A stretch of 64,000 nt of DNA from an uncultured bacterium (GTDB lineage: Bacteria; Patescibacteriota; Minisyncoccia; Phycocordibacterales; GWA1-40-21): the NCBI GenBank assembly GCA_963804975.1, contig CAWDSG010000001.1, positions 118 through 64,117 of the forward strand. The letters run 5' to 3'. A program made the position numbers and the translations under genes. Shown in pieces: positions 19,393 to 28,943 of this stretch; within the stretch, counting starts at the first letter, position 1; each line of letters begins with the position of its first letter. The notes below the pieces were generated by a model. The model was not told where the DNA came from, did no database searches, and saw only the letters and a list, made by a program, of their open reading frames with translations.

Positions 19393-19432
19393 TAAAAAGG
19401 CCGCGGTGTGTGACACATCGCGGCCTGTTTTT
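19393..19432. terminator. Bidirectional terminator (AAAAAGGCCGCGGTGTGTGACACATCGCGGCCTGTTTTTT)
   Basis: hairpin + U-tract read directly. Confidence 0.6.
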
Positions 19433-19439
19433 TATCCTC

Positions 19440-19826
19440 CTATTCAATTTTCACATTAGGCATAACCTTTTCAAAATGCTTTTGCAATTTTTCAACTTCT
19501 TCCCTCAATTCTTCATCTTGAGAAAGAAACTCTTCAAAAAGATCCGAATCCGAGTTCCCTGTCATTTTTCTCCTGATGCTTTTGGGAATATATGAGACGA
19601 TTACTCCAGAAGACTTGGTTACATCTTTAATCATAATATATTCGGCAACGCATTTTGCCCAATCAACAACTTGACTGGTTTTTTTGTTGTTTCTGATATC
19701 CTCCGGTTTAATTTCATAAGCAAAAGCAATAAAATCAATTACCGCAAGTAGAGGGCGATCAGCAAAAGATGCAGGTGGTTTCCAATCAACAAAAGCCGGA
19801 GAACACCAAATTTTGGCAGTTTCCAT
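19440..19826 (-). CDS. Hypothetical protein
   Basis: 128 aa ORF, no motif recognised. Confidence 0.35.
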   Translation of the reverse strand: METAKIWCSPAFVDWKPPASFADRPLLAVIDFIAFAYEIKPEDIRNNKKTSQVVDWAKCVAEYIMIKDVTKSSGVIVSYIPKSIRRKMTGNSDSDLFEEFLSQDEELREEVEKLQKHFEKVMPNVKIE

Positions 19827-19902
19827 GATTACCTCCTTGTGAACTTAAATTTCTAGTTTGATATTAGAATAAACTAAAAAAAATGTAAAGTTAAATACTT
19901 TT

Positions 19903-20547
19903 TTAAATTCCAAGTCCTGTAATCAAAGTAAACACCGAAGTAATAAGCGGCATTAGGATTCCGGGCAAAAAAGCGACAATCAATATTATTATCAGAATGC
20001 CATACCTTTCCGCAAACTGCGAAAAAATAAATCTGTTGCCGACGGGAAGAATGGAAAAAAGAATTTTTGAGCCGTCAAGCGGAGGAATGGGAATAAGATT
20101 GAAAATCGCCAAACTTACATTTACAAAAACCACAAAACTAAAAATCAAAACTAAGGGGCCTGCCTGGCCGGTAGGCAGGCTTGGAGATGCGCCGATTGAA
20201 ACCAGAATTCTTATGATTATTCCGAAAATCAAAGCTACGACAAGATTTGAAAGCGGACCGGCAAAAGCCACAAGCGGTTCCGCAAGTTTTCTATTCCTTA
20301 AATTATAAATATTGTAAGGCACCGGTTTCGCCCAACCGATCATAAAACCAACATTTGTTATATATAAAATAAAAGGCAAGATGATTGAACCGAACCAGTC
20401 AATATGCTTGAGCGGATTTAAAGTCAATCTGCCGGCATATTCTGCGGTTTTATCGCCAAAATAAAGAGCCATAAAACCGTGTGAGATTTCATGTATCATC
20501 ACCGAAAAAATAAGTATGATTAGCTGAAAAATAACATTTGTATTCAT
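19903..20547 (-). CDS. Site-2 protease family (peptidase M50) membrane metalloprotease
   Basis: 214 aa; HEISHG zinc motif in TM helix, LDGSKIL motif. Confidence 0.75.
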   Translation of the reverse strand: MNTNVIFQLIILIFSVMIHEISHGFMALYFGDKTAEYAGRLTLNPLKHIDWFGSIILPFILYITNVGFMIGWAKPVPYNIYNLRNRKLAEPLVAFAGPLSNLVVALIFGIIIRILVSIGASPSLPTGQAGPLVLIFSFVVFVNVSLAIFNLIPIPPLDGSKILFSILPVGNRFIFSQFAERYGILIIILIVAFLPGILMPLITSVFTLITGLGI

Positions 20548-20604
20548 ATATTGCTTTTTTATTGCCTTATGATAGCATACAGGGACTGAATTTTAAATTT
20601 TATT

Positions 20605-20844
20605 ATGAAAACTTGTCCAATATCAAAAAGAAAATCAATTGGCGGCGGCGGATATTCCAACAGAACCCGTGCTACTAAGTTTAACCCTACCGGCAAAGTA
20701 ACAAAAAATCTCAATCTTCAAAAGAAAAGAATTTACATTCCAGAGCTTAAAAAAACAATTATTTTAAACATCTCAACAAGAGCTCTTAAAACAATCCATA
20801 AAAACGGCGCTTTTGCCACATTGAAAAAAGCCGGAATTATTTAA
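20605..20844 (+). CDS. rpmB: 50S ribosomal protein L28
   Basis: 79 aa; MKTCPISKRKSIGGGGYSNRTRATKFNPTGK pattern. Confidence 0.7.
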   Translation: MKTCPISKRKSIGGGGYSNRTRATKFNPTGKVTKNLNLQKKRIYIPELKKTIILNISTRALKTIHKNGAFATLKKAGII

Positions 20845-20856
20845 AAAATAAAATTA

Positions 20857-20897
20857 TAAAAGCCGAGCCGCTTATGCGGCTCGGCTTTTATTTATTT
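20857..20897 (+). terminator. Rho-independent terminator after rpmB
   Basis: AAAAGCCGAGCCGCttatGCGGCTCGGCTTTTATTT. Confidence 0.7.
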
Positions 20898-20922
20898 CTA
20901 AATATATCGATTCTCAAACAAA

Positions 20923-21366
20923 TTATTTATTTGTTGTCGAAGGAGTTGAAGTTGCCGGATTCTGCATGATAACCGGGCCGACATTTACAATCACATTTCT
21001 GCTTGGAGAATAGACGATTGCTTTTGCCGCTTTCTGATAGACAAGCACGACATCGCCATTGATTGCGCCGGTATAAAACGCTTGCTGTTTGATAAGGGTT
21101 GAGGCATCATTGATTGTTGCGACAACAGGATTTTCTCCTTTAGGAAGAATGACAAGTTTGCCGACTTTTACTATAAGATCTTTTACTTGGGCTTGGCTCG
21201 TTTGGCTTACCACATCTTGCGCGTTTTTTGCAGTAAAATGATTCCATGCCCAAAGACCTCCGATACCAATAATGATTCCAATAATGAGTCCGATAAAAAC
21301 AGAACTTCCGCCTTTTTTTACTTCATTTTCCATTTGTTTGATTGCTCCGGCTTTAAAACGAAGCAA
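20923..21366 (-). CDS. Hypothetical membrane-anchored protein
   Basis: 147 aa, one N-terminal TM helix. Confidence 0.35.
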   Translation of the reverse strand: MLRFKAGAIKQMENEVKKGGSSVFIGLIIGIIIGIGGLWAWNHFTAKNAQDVVSQTSQAQVKDLIVKVGKLVILPKGENPVVATINDASTLIKQQAFYTGAINGDVVLVYQKAAKAIVYSPSRNVIVNVGPVIMQNPATSTPSTTNK

Positions 21367-21478
21367 ATAATTAAACTAATAATAACAAGCTTTAATGAGC
21401 TTTGTGGAATTTATTATACAGATAATTAAAAAATCAAGCAATATAAGCTGTGGATTATTTAATAAACCAGTTTTTTAT

Positions 21479-22330
21479 TTATATTTTATCTATATTTTGG
21501 CCATCAGATATAAAAACAATGTCTCCGCTTGATGTTTCAAGCACTGTGCTTTTTACGCCGGCAAGTAAATCGAGAGTTTCCTTACCCGGGTATCCGTATT
21601 TATTATTTTTATCAACCGCAATGACGGAAAATTGAGGGGAAACAGCGGAAAGAAACATATCGGAAAGATAATTTTTTGCGCCTGAATGCGAAACGAGAAA
21701 AACTGCGCTTTTTAGTTTGTCGGAAAAAATACTTGTGATGTAATTTTCAATATTTTCCGAAACAGTATCAGGCACGATTAAATAATTCTTCTTTCCATAA
21801 GTGATTTGCGCGACAATATAATTATTTTCATTTTTTTGATCATTAACATAAAGAACATGAAGATATGCACCGGCTCCGAGATCCACTTTGCTTCCTGATT
21901 GCACGAAATTTGTTTTTATTTTTTTTTCTGTGATTTCTTTTTTTATTTCTTTATATGCTTCCCCGCCGTTTTCATTTTCGCTGCCGATATAAGCGCCGAC
22001 TTTGTAATATTTCAAAACTTCCGGCATTCCGCCGATGGAGGCCTGGTCATTATCAATTGCAATGAGAGCGTCAATATTTCTGTCGTAAAACGGCATGACT
22101 CTGCCAAGCGCCCGCAGGATTGAAATATTGCTTCCGGCATTTATTAAAATTTGATTTCCGTTCGGCGTTCTTATAAATACAGCATTGCCGTCTCCAACAT
22201 CGAGAAAAACAACTTTAAAAAGATTGTTGTTTCCATTTCCCGCGATATAAAAAATAAATATAGCGATAAAAATAAATCCGATGATGATTCCTGCGCCGTA
22301 TTTCTTAAAATCCATGTTTTTTATTTTCAT
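21479..22330 (-). CDS. ComEC-associated metallo-beta-lactamase-domain protein (separate MBL module)
   Basis: 283 aa, N-terminal TM, VVFLDVGDGNAVFI and SHSGAKNY histidine motifs; immediately downstream of comEC. Confidence 0.55.
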   Translation of the reverse strand: MKIKNMDFKKYGAGIIIGFIFIAIFIFYIAGNGNNNLFKVVFLDVGDGNAVFIRTPNGNQILINAGSNISILRALGRVMPFYDRNIDALIAIDNDQASIGGMPEVLKYYKVGAYIGSENENGGEAYKEIKKEITEKKIKTNFVQSGSKVDLGAGAYLHVLYVNDQKNENNYIVAQITYGKKNYLIVPDTVSENIENYITSIFSDKLKSAVFLVSHSGAKNYLSDMFLSAVSPQFSVIAVDKNNKYGYPGKETLDLLAGVKSTVLETSSGDIVFISDGQNIDKI

Positions 22331-23951
22331 TATTAAGATTTATTTTTCTTTCATGAAAAATCCAAATTGCGATAAGCGCATACGCGATAAACGTAAAGGT
22401 TGGCGAAAACCACGGAATAAAAACTGAGGAAAACGGCAAATTAGCAAAGAATTCAGCAACATGAATCATATAAAAAAGAAAAATGAACGTAATCCAGGCA
22501 AACGGTATGGATAATAATGCCCAAATGAAACCGAGCATTCCCGTGACAAATCCAAAAAACATCACTGCCGGCACGAATGCCAGTACGAGGATATTCGCGG
22601 GCAAAGCGAAAAACGAAAGCATCCCCATTTTGCAAAGTATGAGAGGCAGAACCAGAATCTGCGCGGAAATAGTCGATGAAACTATATCGCGCAAGCCGTA
22701 TTTTTCGGTAATCCACGAAAATTTATTCTTCAAAATCGGCGCAACATAAATGATCGCCACTGTCGCAACGAAGCTGAGCTCGAATGATATGTCAAAAACC
22801 AATATTTTCGGATTTACCAAAATCATCGCCAGTGCCGCAACAATAAGAGCTCTGCCTACCCGATAATTCCTTCTGGTCATCTGGGACAAAATGACAATGA
22901 GCGCCATGATGCCGGCGCGAATAGCCGTGGAAGAAGAGCCGGACATGATTACAAATAAAATAATTCCGATGATTCCGGTGGAAAGGCCGGCCATTTTCGG
23001 CAAAAAAGAAAGCGCCCGCATAATTGCTCCGGCGACAATGGTAATGTTGTATCCGGAAAGCGCGACGATATGCGACAATCCGGAAATGCGGAACGCATTG
23101 CTTGTTGCCTTGTCTATGGAACTTTTTGCGCCAAGCTCTATTCCTTCAAAAAGTGACGCTTCCGGTTCGGGAATGACGCGGCTGATATTTTCGATAAAGC
23201 CGTTTTTTATTTTATACAAGATTGTTTTTATAAAATTGCCGTGTCCGGAAGAAATAAGCGATACTTTTGCAAAATCAATGGTGTAAAAAATATTGTCTTT
23301 CGCAAGATATGAAACATAATCAAAATCTTTTGTGGCCGGAGAACTTGAGGAATCAATATTTGGCGATGAAGAGAAATTTTTGGGTTTTTCTAATTTGCCG
23401 TATATGCTCACTTTGTCACCGTATTTAAATTCCGGATAAAGGCCGGTGTTCACAAGCGCCTTGCCTGAAACAGGAATGCTTGAACCGGCGCTTATAAAAA
23501 TTTTTAGATCGACATCAAGTGCCGTTCCGGATTCTTTTTTCTGCGGTTCATCTGAAATAATTGCAACAAAAGTCGCCTCCTTGCCGACTGAATTTTCCAA
23601 AAGCACATCGGGAAGATTTGAATCCGCAATCCCGTAGCGCAAAGCGCCAAAAGCAAAAAACAGTAAAAATAAGAGCAGCAAAAATATTTTTCTTTTCTCC
23701 GTATGTTCGGAAACATAAAATTTCTGAAAGACAAAAAGGATGATTGATATTGAAATCAAGCATGCGGAAAAATAAAAATCCAGCTTGAAAAATGAGCAAA
23801 TAAAAATCGCCAGAACAAATCCGGCAATTGAAACAAAAAGAGCGGAATTATTTTTCACCAAGTCATTGTAGCATAAAAAAATTCCCTTCGCGCCAAAAAA
23901 TCGGCGCGAAGGGAAAAATGATCCGTCAGTTTGGAGAAAGAATTCTTTCAT
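22305..23951 (-). CDS. comEC: DNA internalisation competence protein ComEC/Rec2 (DUF4131 + competence domain)
   Basis: 548 aa polytopic membrane protein with ComEC competence-domain signature (LSGYNITIVAG...). Confidence 0.75.
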   Translation of the reverse strand: MKEFFLQTDGSFFPSRRFFGAKGIFLCYNDLVKNNSALFVSIAGFVLAIFICSFFKLDFYFSACLISISIILFVFQKFYVSEHTEKRKIFLLLLFLLFFAFGALRYGIADSNLPDVLLENSVGKEATFVAIISDEPQKKESGTALDVDLKIFISAGSSIPVSGKALVNTGLYPEFKYGDKVSIYGKLEKPKNFSSSPNIDSSSSPATKDFDYVSYLAKDNIFYTIDFAKVSLISSGHGNFIKTILYKIKNGFIENISRVIPEPEASLFEGIELGAKSSIDKATSNAFRISGLSHIVALSGYNITIVAGAIMRALSFLPKMAGLSTGIIGIILFVIMSGSSSTAIRAGIMALIVILSQMTRRNYRVGRALIVAALAMILVNPKILVFDISFELSFVATVAIIYVAPILKNKFSWITEKYGLRDIVSSTISAQILVLPLILCKMGMLSFFALPANILVLAFVPAVMFFGFVTGMLGFIWALLSIPFAWITFIFLFYMIHVAEFFANLPFSSVFIPWFSPTFTFIAYALIAIWIFHERKINLNNENKKHGF

Positions 23952-24453
23952 TCGAAATCTTTCCGATTCTCACGGCAATTTTGCATTGAGAGCCGCAGGA
24001 ATCTTCCCTGTACAGCTTTAAAAACAAAGTTCCTCCTTTGTCCCGCCCGATCACAAACATATGCGGGGTATTTTCCACCATGATTCCGTAGCATTCATTG
24101 ATGGACGGTTTGTGCTTCAGACAGAACTTAAGAATATCTCGATGAGAAGTAAAACCTTGGATTTGGGCGACTTTTTCCCTCAATAAATCAAGGGAAACAA
24201 ATCCTTTTAAACCAAGGTTTCGGGCGAAAAGCACACCCAGGGAAACGCTTTTCGCATCGCTTTTGGTATATTCACCATTGAGCATTTTCTCGGAGACCAG
24301 CGCGTCGATTTGCCAACCTTCAGCTTCAAGGGCTTCTATCAATTCTTTCGGACTTTTTTCATCATCATCCGAAAGCAGGTTGATATTCTTAAAGCATTTT
24401 CCTTTGACCTGAACGTTTGGCTTACCCCCATTACGAACTGCTGTCTTTGCCAT
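23926..24453 (-). CDS. Hypothetical protein
   Basis: 175 aa ORF upstream of comEC, no motif. Confidence 0.35.
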   Translation of the reverse strand: MAKTAVRNGGKPNVQVKGKCFKNINLLSDDDEKSPKELIEALEAEGWQIDALVSEKMLNGEYTKSDAKSVSLGVLFARNLGLKGFVSLDLLREKVAQIQGFTSHRDILKFCLKHKPSINECYGIMVENTPHMFVIGRDKGGTLFLKLYREDSCGSQCKIAVRIGKISNERILSPN

Positions 24454-24639
24454 AAAAACCTTCCTTATTTTTAAATTTTTAAGCTAACCTTTTTAAAGGT
24501 CGGCTTTCCACCGATCAAAAACACAATTACAGCAAAAAATTTCCAAATGAATCAGAAATTTTTTGCCGTAATCGTATAAAAAGGCGGATAATATAAAAAG
24601 AACAAACTGTCAGGAATGATATAACTTATATTTTATTTG

Positions 24640-25137
24640 TCAAATATTTTTTATTCCATAGTCAGCGATTTTTCCGCAAAAAAGCCTGGGGAATTTCCCA
24701 TAGGCAAATGAGGTTGCGATTTCATCGCATCGCTCGTTGCCGGCAATTCCTGCGTGGCCGGCGACATGATTCCATATTATATTTTTGCCTTTCGACGCTT
24801 CCATCAATTCTTCCCAAAGATCGCGGTTCAGCACCGGTTTTTTTGCGGAATTTTTCCAATTATTTTTCCGCCAGCCATAAATCCACTTTGTTATTCCGTT
24901 TATCAAATATGAGGAATCTGTGTTTAAAATTATTTCTCCGAAACTTTTCCCCACAAATTGCAAAGCTTTTATGGCGCCCGTGAGTTCCATTCTGTTATTT
25001 GTCGTATATTTTTTAGCACCGCCTATCTCCACAACACTTCCATCAGGCATTGAAACAATCGCTCCCCAGCCGCCGGGACCGGGATTGCCGCTTGATGAGC
25101 CGTCGGAAAAAATAATAATTTTGGAAATATTTTCCAT
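24640..25137 (-). CDS. rnhA: Ribonuclease HI
   Basis: 165 aa; DGSSSGNPGPGGWGAIV, TNNRMEL, HAGIAGNERCDEIA catalytic residues. Confidence 0.88.
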   Translation of the reverse strand: MENISKIIIFSDGSSSGNPGPGGWGAIVSMPDGSVVEIGGAKKYTTNNRMELTGAIKALQFVGKSFGEIILNTDSSYLINGITKWIYGWRKNNWKNSAKKPVLNRDLWEELMEASKGKNIIWNHVAGHAGIAGNERCDEIATSFAYGKFPRLFCGKIADYGIKNI

Positions 25138-25148
25138 ATATGGTATTT

Positions 25149-25263
25149 AAAGCGAGCGAGACAATGCGATTTTGATGGCTACGGAGCGCGACGGCGCGAG
25201 TATCGAGCAAATTTCCAGCAGGAAATTATGCGTACCTCAAAATCGCATTGCCGAGCGAGCTTT
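25149..25263. repeat. Family-2 intergenic element between cupin gene and rnhA
   Basis: AAGCGAGCGAGacaatgcgattttga ... GGAGCGCGACGGCGCGAG ... tcaaaatcgcattgCCGAGCGAGCTTT. Confidence 0.65.
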
Positions 25264-25266
25264 AAT

Positions 25267-25650
25267 TTATAAATGATCCGCCTTGTCTTTTTCCGCCTCG
25301 GCTTTCGTCCTGTGGACAACGCCGTCTTTGTGATGCGGCGGCATATAGAGAGTGTAGAGTTTAAGCGGCTCGGTTTTTGATGTGTTGTAAACGTTATGCC
25401 GAGAACCGGCAGGAACAACAAAAGCGTTGCCGTCGGAAATGATGAATTTTTCATCGCCAATCACTGCTTTTCCTTCCCCGCTTTCAACGCGAAAAAACTG
25501 GTCGCTGATCTCATGGACTTCAAATCCTATTTCTTCCTCCGGCAGAAGCGACATAAGAACAACTTGGGCATTTGTGGAAGTATAAAGAACCTTCCTGTAA
25601 TCCTTGTTTTTCAAGGTCTCATTTTCTATATTTATACAAAATGGTTTCAT
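25267..25650 (-). CDS. Cupin-domain protein
   Basis: 127 aa; HxH...E...H-type cupin motifs (FEVHEISDQ, VVPAGSRHN). Confidence 0.6.
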   Translation of the reverse strand: MKPFCINIENETLKNKDYRKVLYTSTNAQVVLMSLLPEEEIGFEVHEISDQFFRVESGEGKAVIGDEKFIISDGNAFVVPAGSRHNVYNTSKTEPLKLYTLYMPPHHKDGVVHRTKAEAEKDKADHL

Positions 25651-25711
25651 AAATTTAATAAAATTAACTGATAAAAGCTACGGAATATATTATATCAAAT
25701 TATGATACAAT

Positions 25712-25924
25712 ATGCCTATGGAACAGGATATTTTGAAAAAACTCGCCGAACAGGAAGAAAAAATAGAAAAAATCTATATTTCCGTGGAAAAAACAAGGAA
25801 ATATTTTCTCTGGACAATGATTATCACAATTGTAGTAATCGTCGTGCCGATAATTGGATTGTTTTTCGCTATTCCGTCATTTTTGAACAATTATGTGGGA
25901 AATATTCAGAATTTAAGCCAATAA
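25712..25924 (+). CDS. Small membrane protein
   Basis: 70 aa, one TM helix. Confidence 0.3.
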   Translation: MPMEQDILKKLAEQEEKIEKIYISVEKTRKYFLWTMIITIVVIVVPIIGLFFAIPSFLNNYVGNIQNLSQ

Positions 25925-25943
25925 AAAAATAAATTTTAAAATA

Positions 25944-27029
25944 TTAATTAATAAGATTTTCTAATTCTATTGGAATATCGACTAAACCTTTGTTTTTTAG
26001 AATATGAGTAACACCGTATATAACTGAACCACTTAATAAACAAATTGTTTTTTCCATATCTGCAGACATTCCTTCAATACTATTGCCTTGGAAATTGATC
26101 GGAAATCCATTATTCACAAAAATAACGTTTTTATTTACCACATCTTTATGTATTTCTTTATCTTTTCTAAAATCTGCAACGGGAAATTCTCTATCGGCTG
26201 ATGAAACGCTTATAAGATATAACTGTTTATTTAGAGAAGAAATTTTTTCAATATCTTTTTTGAGCAATACCGGGAAACCTGTAGCCCCTATAATAACATC
26301 TGGTTTTATATTTAAAATATTTTTAATTAAATTATTATGACCGTATTTAACATCAAATCCTTGGATTTTAAAATCATTTTGCTCTAATATTTTTTGCATT
26401 GCTTCCCCTATCGGCCCAAGACCGACTACAAATATTGATGGATTTTTTATATTTTTAACTTGAAAATAATTCTTAATTTTTTCAAAACAATCACGAGCAA
26501 TAAACGGGCTTTCCTGAATCAATTTTGTCTCGGATCTTGCAACATTTACAACAGGAAAATTCATTTTTTTATTCTCAATTTTTCTGAAGCCTGACGATGT
26601 TTGTTCAACGGCAAACAAGACATCTCTTTTATTATCAGCAAAAGTCATTATAAGTTCTGCCCCATCATCCAAAATAACGATTTTTTTATCTTTAGGCACG
26701 AGATCGAGTATCATATTACAGTTGTTTTTATGTTCAATATCAAAAGCTTTGCCGGAAAATTCAGGCTGGAAAACTTTTATGCCTTTATCTTTTAGTTCTT
26801 TTAAAATACTGGTATTTGTTGAGTATATTTTTCCTAAAACAATTATTTTGTTCGGATTAAAGCCAAAATCCACCAAATATTCAAACATTTTTAATTGCGG
26901 TTCAAGTAAATGTTGGCAACAAACTAGATAATAATCGTTCACATCATGAGGAATATTTTTGAAATAACCAAATACTTTTTGTAATAATGGATAATTGTAG
27001 TCCATATTTGACAAGTATATCAGATACAA
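25944..27029 (-). CDS. NAD(P)-binding Rossmann-fold protein of unknown function
   Basis: 361 aa; VVGLGPIGEAMQKIL dinucleotide-binding motif. Confidence 0.4.
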   Translation of the reverse strand: MYLIYLSNMDYNYPLLQKVFGYFKNIPHDVNDYYLVCCQHLLEPQLKMFEYLVDFGFNPNKIIVLGKIYSTNTSILKELKDKGIKVFQPEFSGKAFDIEHKNNCNMILDLVPKDKKIVILDDGAELIMTFADNKRDVLFAVEQTSSGFRKIENKKMNFPVVNVARSETKLIQESPFIARDCFEKIKNYFQVKNIKNPSIFVVGLGPIGEAMQKILEQNDFKIQGFDVKYGHNNLIKNILNIKPDVIIGATGFPVLLKKDIEKISSLNKQLYLISVSSADREFPVADFRKDKEIHKDVVNKNVIFVNNGFPINFQGNSIEGMSADMEKTICLLSGSVIYGVTHILKNKGLVDIPIELENLIN

Positions 27030-27052
27030 AACTTTTGTGATATTATGTCATT

Positions 27053-27799
27053 ATGGCATTAACAAAAAACCAGATAAAACTCATAAAATCCCTTCATGAA
27101 AAGAAAAATCGCAATAAAACGGGGCTTTTTTTGGTGGAAGGGGAAAAAAGCGTCGCGGAACTTCTGGTTTCAAATTTTGAAATTGACTTCCTGCTTGTAA
27201 CGGATGAGTTTTTCAAAAAACATTCCGATTTGATAAAAAAGAGATCTGCAAAATATGAGATTGCAAACCAGGAACAAATTGAAAAAATCGGAACATTGGA
27301 AACAAACGATTCCGCGCTCGCCATAGCTAGGCAGAAAAACAACACTTTCACCAAAATTGGAAGCGATGAAGTGATGATAGCTCTTGAAAAAATCCAAGAT
27401 CCGGGAAATCTCGGCACAATTATAAGAATTGCCGATTGGTATGGGATAAAAAATATTGTCGCATCAAAAAATACCGTTGATTTTTACAATCCGAAAGTTA
27501 TTGCCGCTTCAATGGGCTCATTCACAAGAGTAAATGTTTTTTACGAAGATCTGAAAGAATTCTTGTCAAAAATAAATACACCGATTTGGGGAGCGTTTTT
27601 GCACGGAGAAAATATCCATAAAGCAAGTTTCCCAAAAAGCGGAATTCTCCTTATGGGAAACGAATCAAACGGCATAAGCAAAGATTTGGAAAAATTAATT
27701 ACCAGAAAAATCACCATCCCTTCATTCGGCCACGCTGAATCGCTCAATGTCGCCATCGCAACAGCGGTGATATTGGATAATTGGAAAAATAAAATATAA
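27053..27799 (+). CDS. SpoU/TrmH-family RNA 2-prime-O-methyltransferase
   Basis: 248 aa; DPGNLGTIIRIADWYG, LMGNESNGIS, SLNVAIATAV motifs. Confidence 0.8.
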   Translation: MALTKNQIKLIKSLHEKKNRNKTGLFLVEGEKSVAELLVSNFEIDFLLVTDEFFKKHSDLIKKRSAKYEIANQEQIEKIGTLETNDSALAIARQKNNTFTKIGSDEVMIALEKIQDPGNLGTIIRIADWYGIKNIVASKNTVDFYNPKVIAASMGSFTRVNVFYEDLKEFLSKINTPIWGAFLHGENIHKASFPKSGILLMGNESNGISKDLEKLITRKITIPSFGHAESLNVAIATAVILDNWKNKI

Positions 27800-27842
27800 A
27801 AACCCCGGTTTGCCGTAAAAACAAACTCGGGGTTTAAAAAAT
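27800..27842. terminator. Rho-independent terminator
   Basis: AAAAACCCCGGTTTGCCGTAAAAACAAACTCGGGGTTTAAAAAA. Confidence 0.55.
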
Positions 27843-27853
27843 TTGGCAATGAA

Positions 27854-28192
27854 TTACTTTTTGCACCTCGTCTTAAGATGGCATCTTGGCGTAATATATT
27901 TCAACCGCCAATCATTCCAATGATTATACCAAAAACTAATTTTAAATTTTCTGGCCGTCATTTTGAGAATGTAAAGAAGTTCTTTAAAATCCCTTTTATT
28001 GCTCTGGCAAATTGTTACATGCCACGCTTCTTTCTTGCCGGGTTTACTCAAAAGAAAATCGATTCTCTTGATAGTTAGAATGCCATCTTTTCTTGCTTCC
28101 TTTATCACCTTCTGAATTTTTTCTTTGACCGATGAATCGAGACCAACAAGAGCAAAACCACCGTCGCTTGAACCGCTTTTATTTGACTTCAT
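27854..28192 (-). CDS. Hypothetical protein
   Basis: 112 aa ORF. Confidence 0.3.
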   Translation of the reverse strand: MKSNKSGSSDGGFALVGLDSSVKEKIQKVIKEARKDGILTIKRIDFLLSKPGKKEAWHVTICQSNKRDFKELLYILKMTARKFKISFWYNHWNDWRLKYITPRCHLKTRCKK

Positions 28193-28943
28193 TTTTTCCT
28201 CCTTAAAGGAATCAAAAGTAATTTGTTCGTCGTATTTAGAAAAGTTAAAGATCTGCCAGTTAGAATTCTAGCATATATTAATAAAATTTAATATCAGATT
28301 TTTATCCTTTCTTCTGCTTTCTCACATTCTTGATTCCTTTTCTTCTAACAACGCTTGAAAGCCGCGTTGCTCTCCACATTTTATTTTCACGGAGGGCGAA
28401 TTGCTTGCCGATATTCGGATATTTTTTAGACATTTTTTAATTTCATTAAAATTGATAAATTCCTTCTTGGGGTGCCGTTGTAGAGGATGTAAGAACTGTG
28501 TTTGAGAGGAAAAATGATACGACAATTTATATTCCAAGTTTTTATTATAGGACAGAGACAACTGTTTGATATTCACCCCACCTTTGATTTCACTATATAT
28601 CATCAACTAACTCAACAGCTTCCTCTTCATCAAGTCCTTCTTCGTCCATAAGTTCTTTTACTTTTTCAGCTTCTTCAATATCAATACCTTGATTTTGAGC
28701 TATTTCTGCAATTTCTATTATTTCCTCTGGGTCTTTGTCTTCTAACATATTTTTATTTTTTTATTTTACTCTTCCTTTTATAATTTTCTGGATGTTGCTT
28801 TCGGTCCTCTTTCAATAACCATTCAAAAGCCCCGAGTAAATTGTATGTGGCTTCCCACGCTTCACTGTCAGAATACTCAACCCCATATTGCTCCTTGAAC
28901 ATCTTTTTGAACCTTTCAACAGTTTCTGGAGCTATGTGGACCA

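Noticed and set aside
28302-28751. Small basic 44-aa ORF (28302-28436, MSKKYPNIGKQFALRENKMWRATRLSSVVRRKGIKNVRKQKKG) and acidic 50-aa ORF (28599-28751) as a toxin-antitoxin pair
   Set aside because: Both are below the ORF-track cutoff, lack recognisable motifs and have no RBS evidence I could verify. They are recorded only as possible small genes at the left boundary of element 1.
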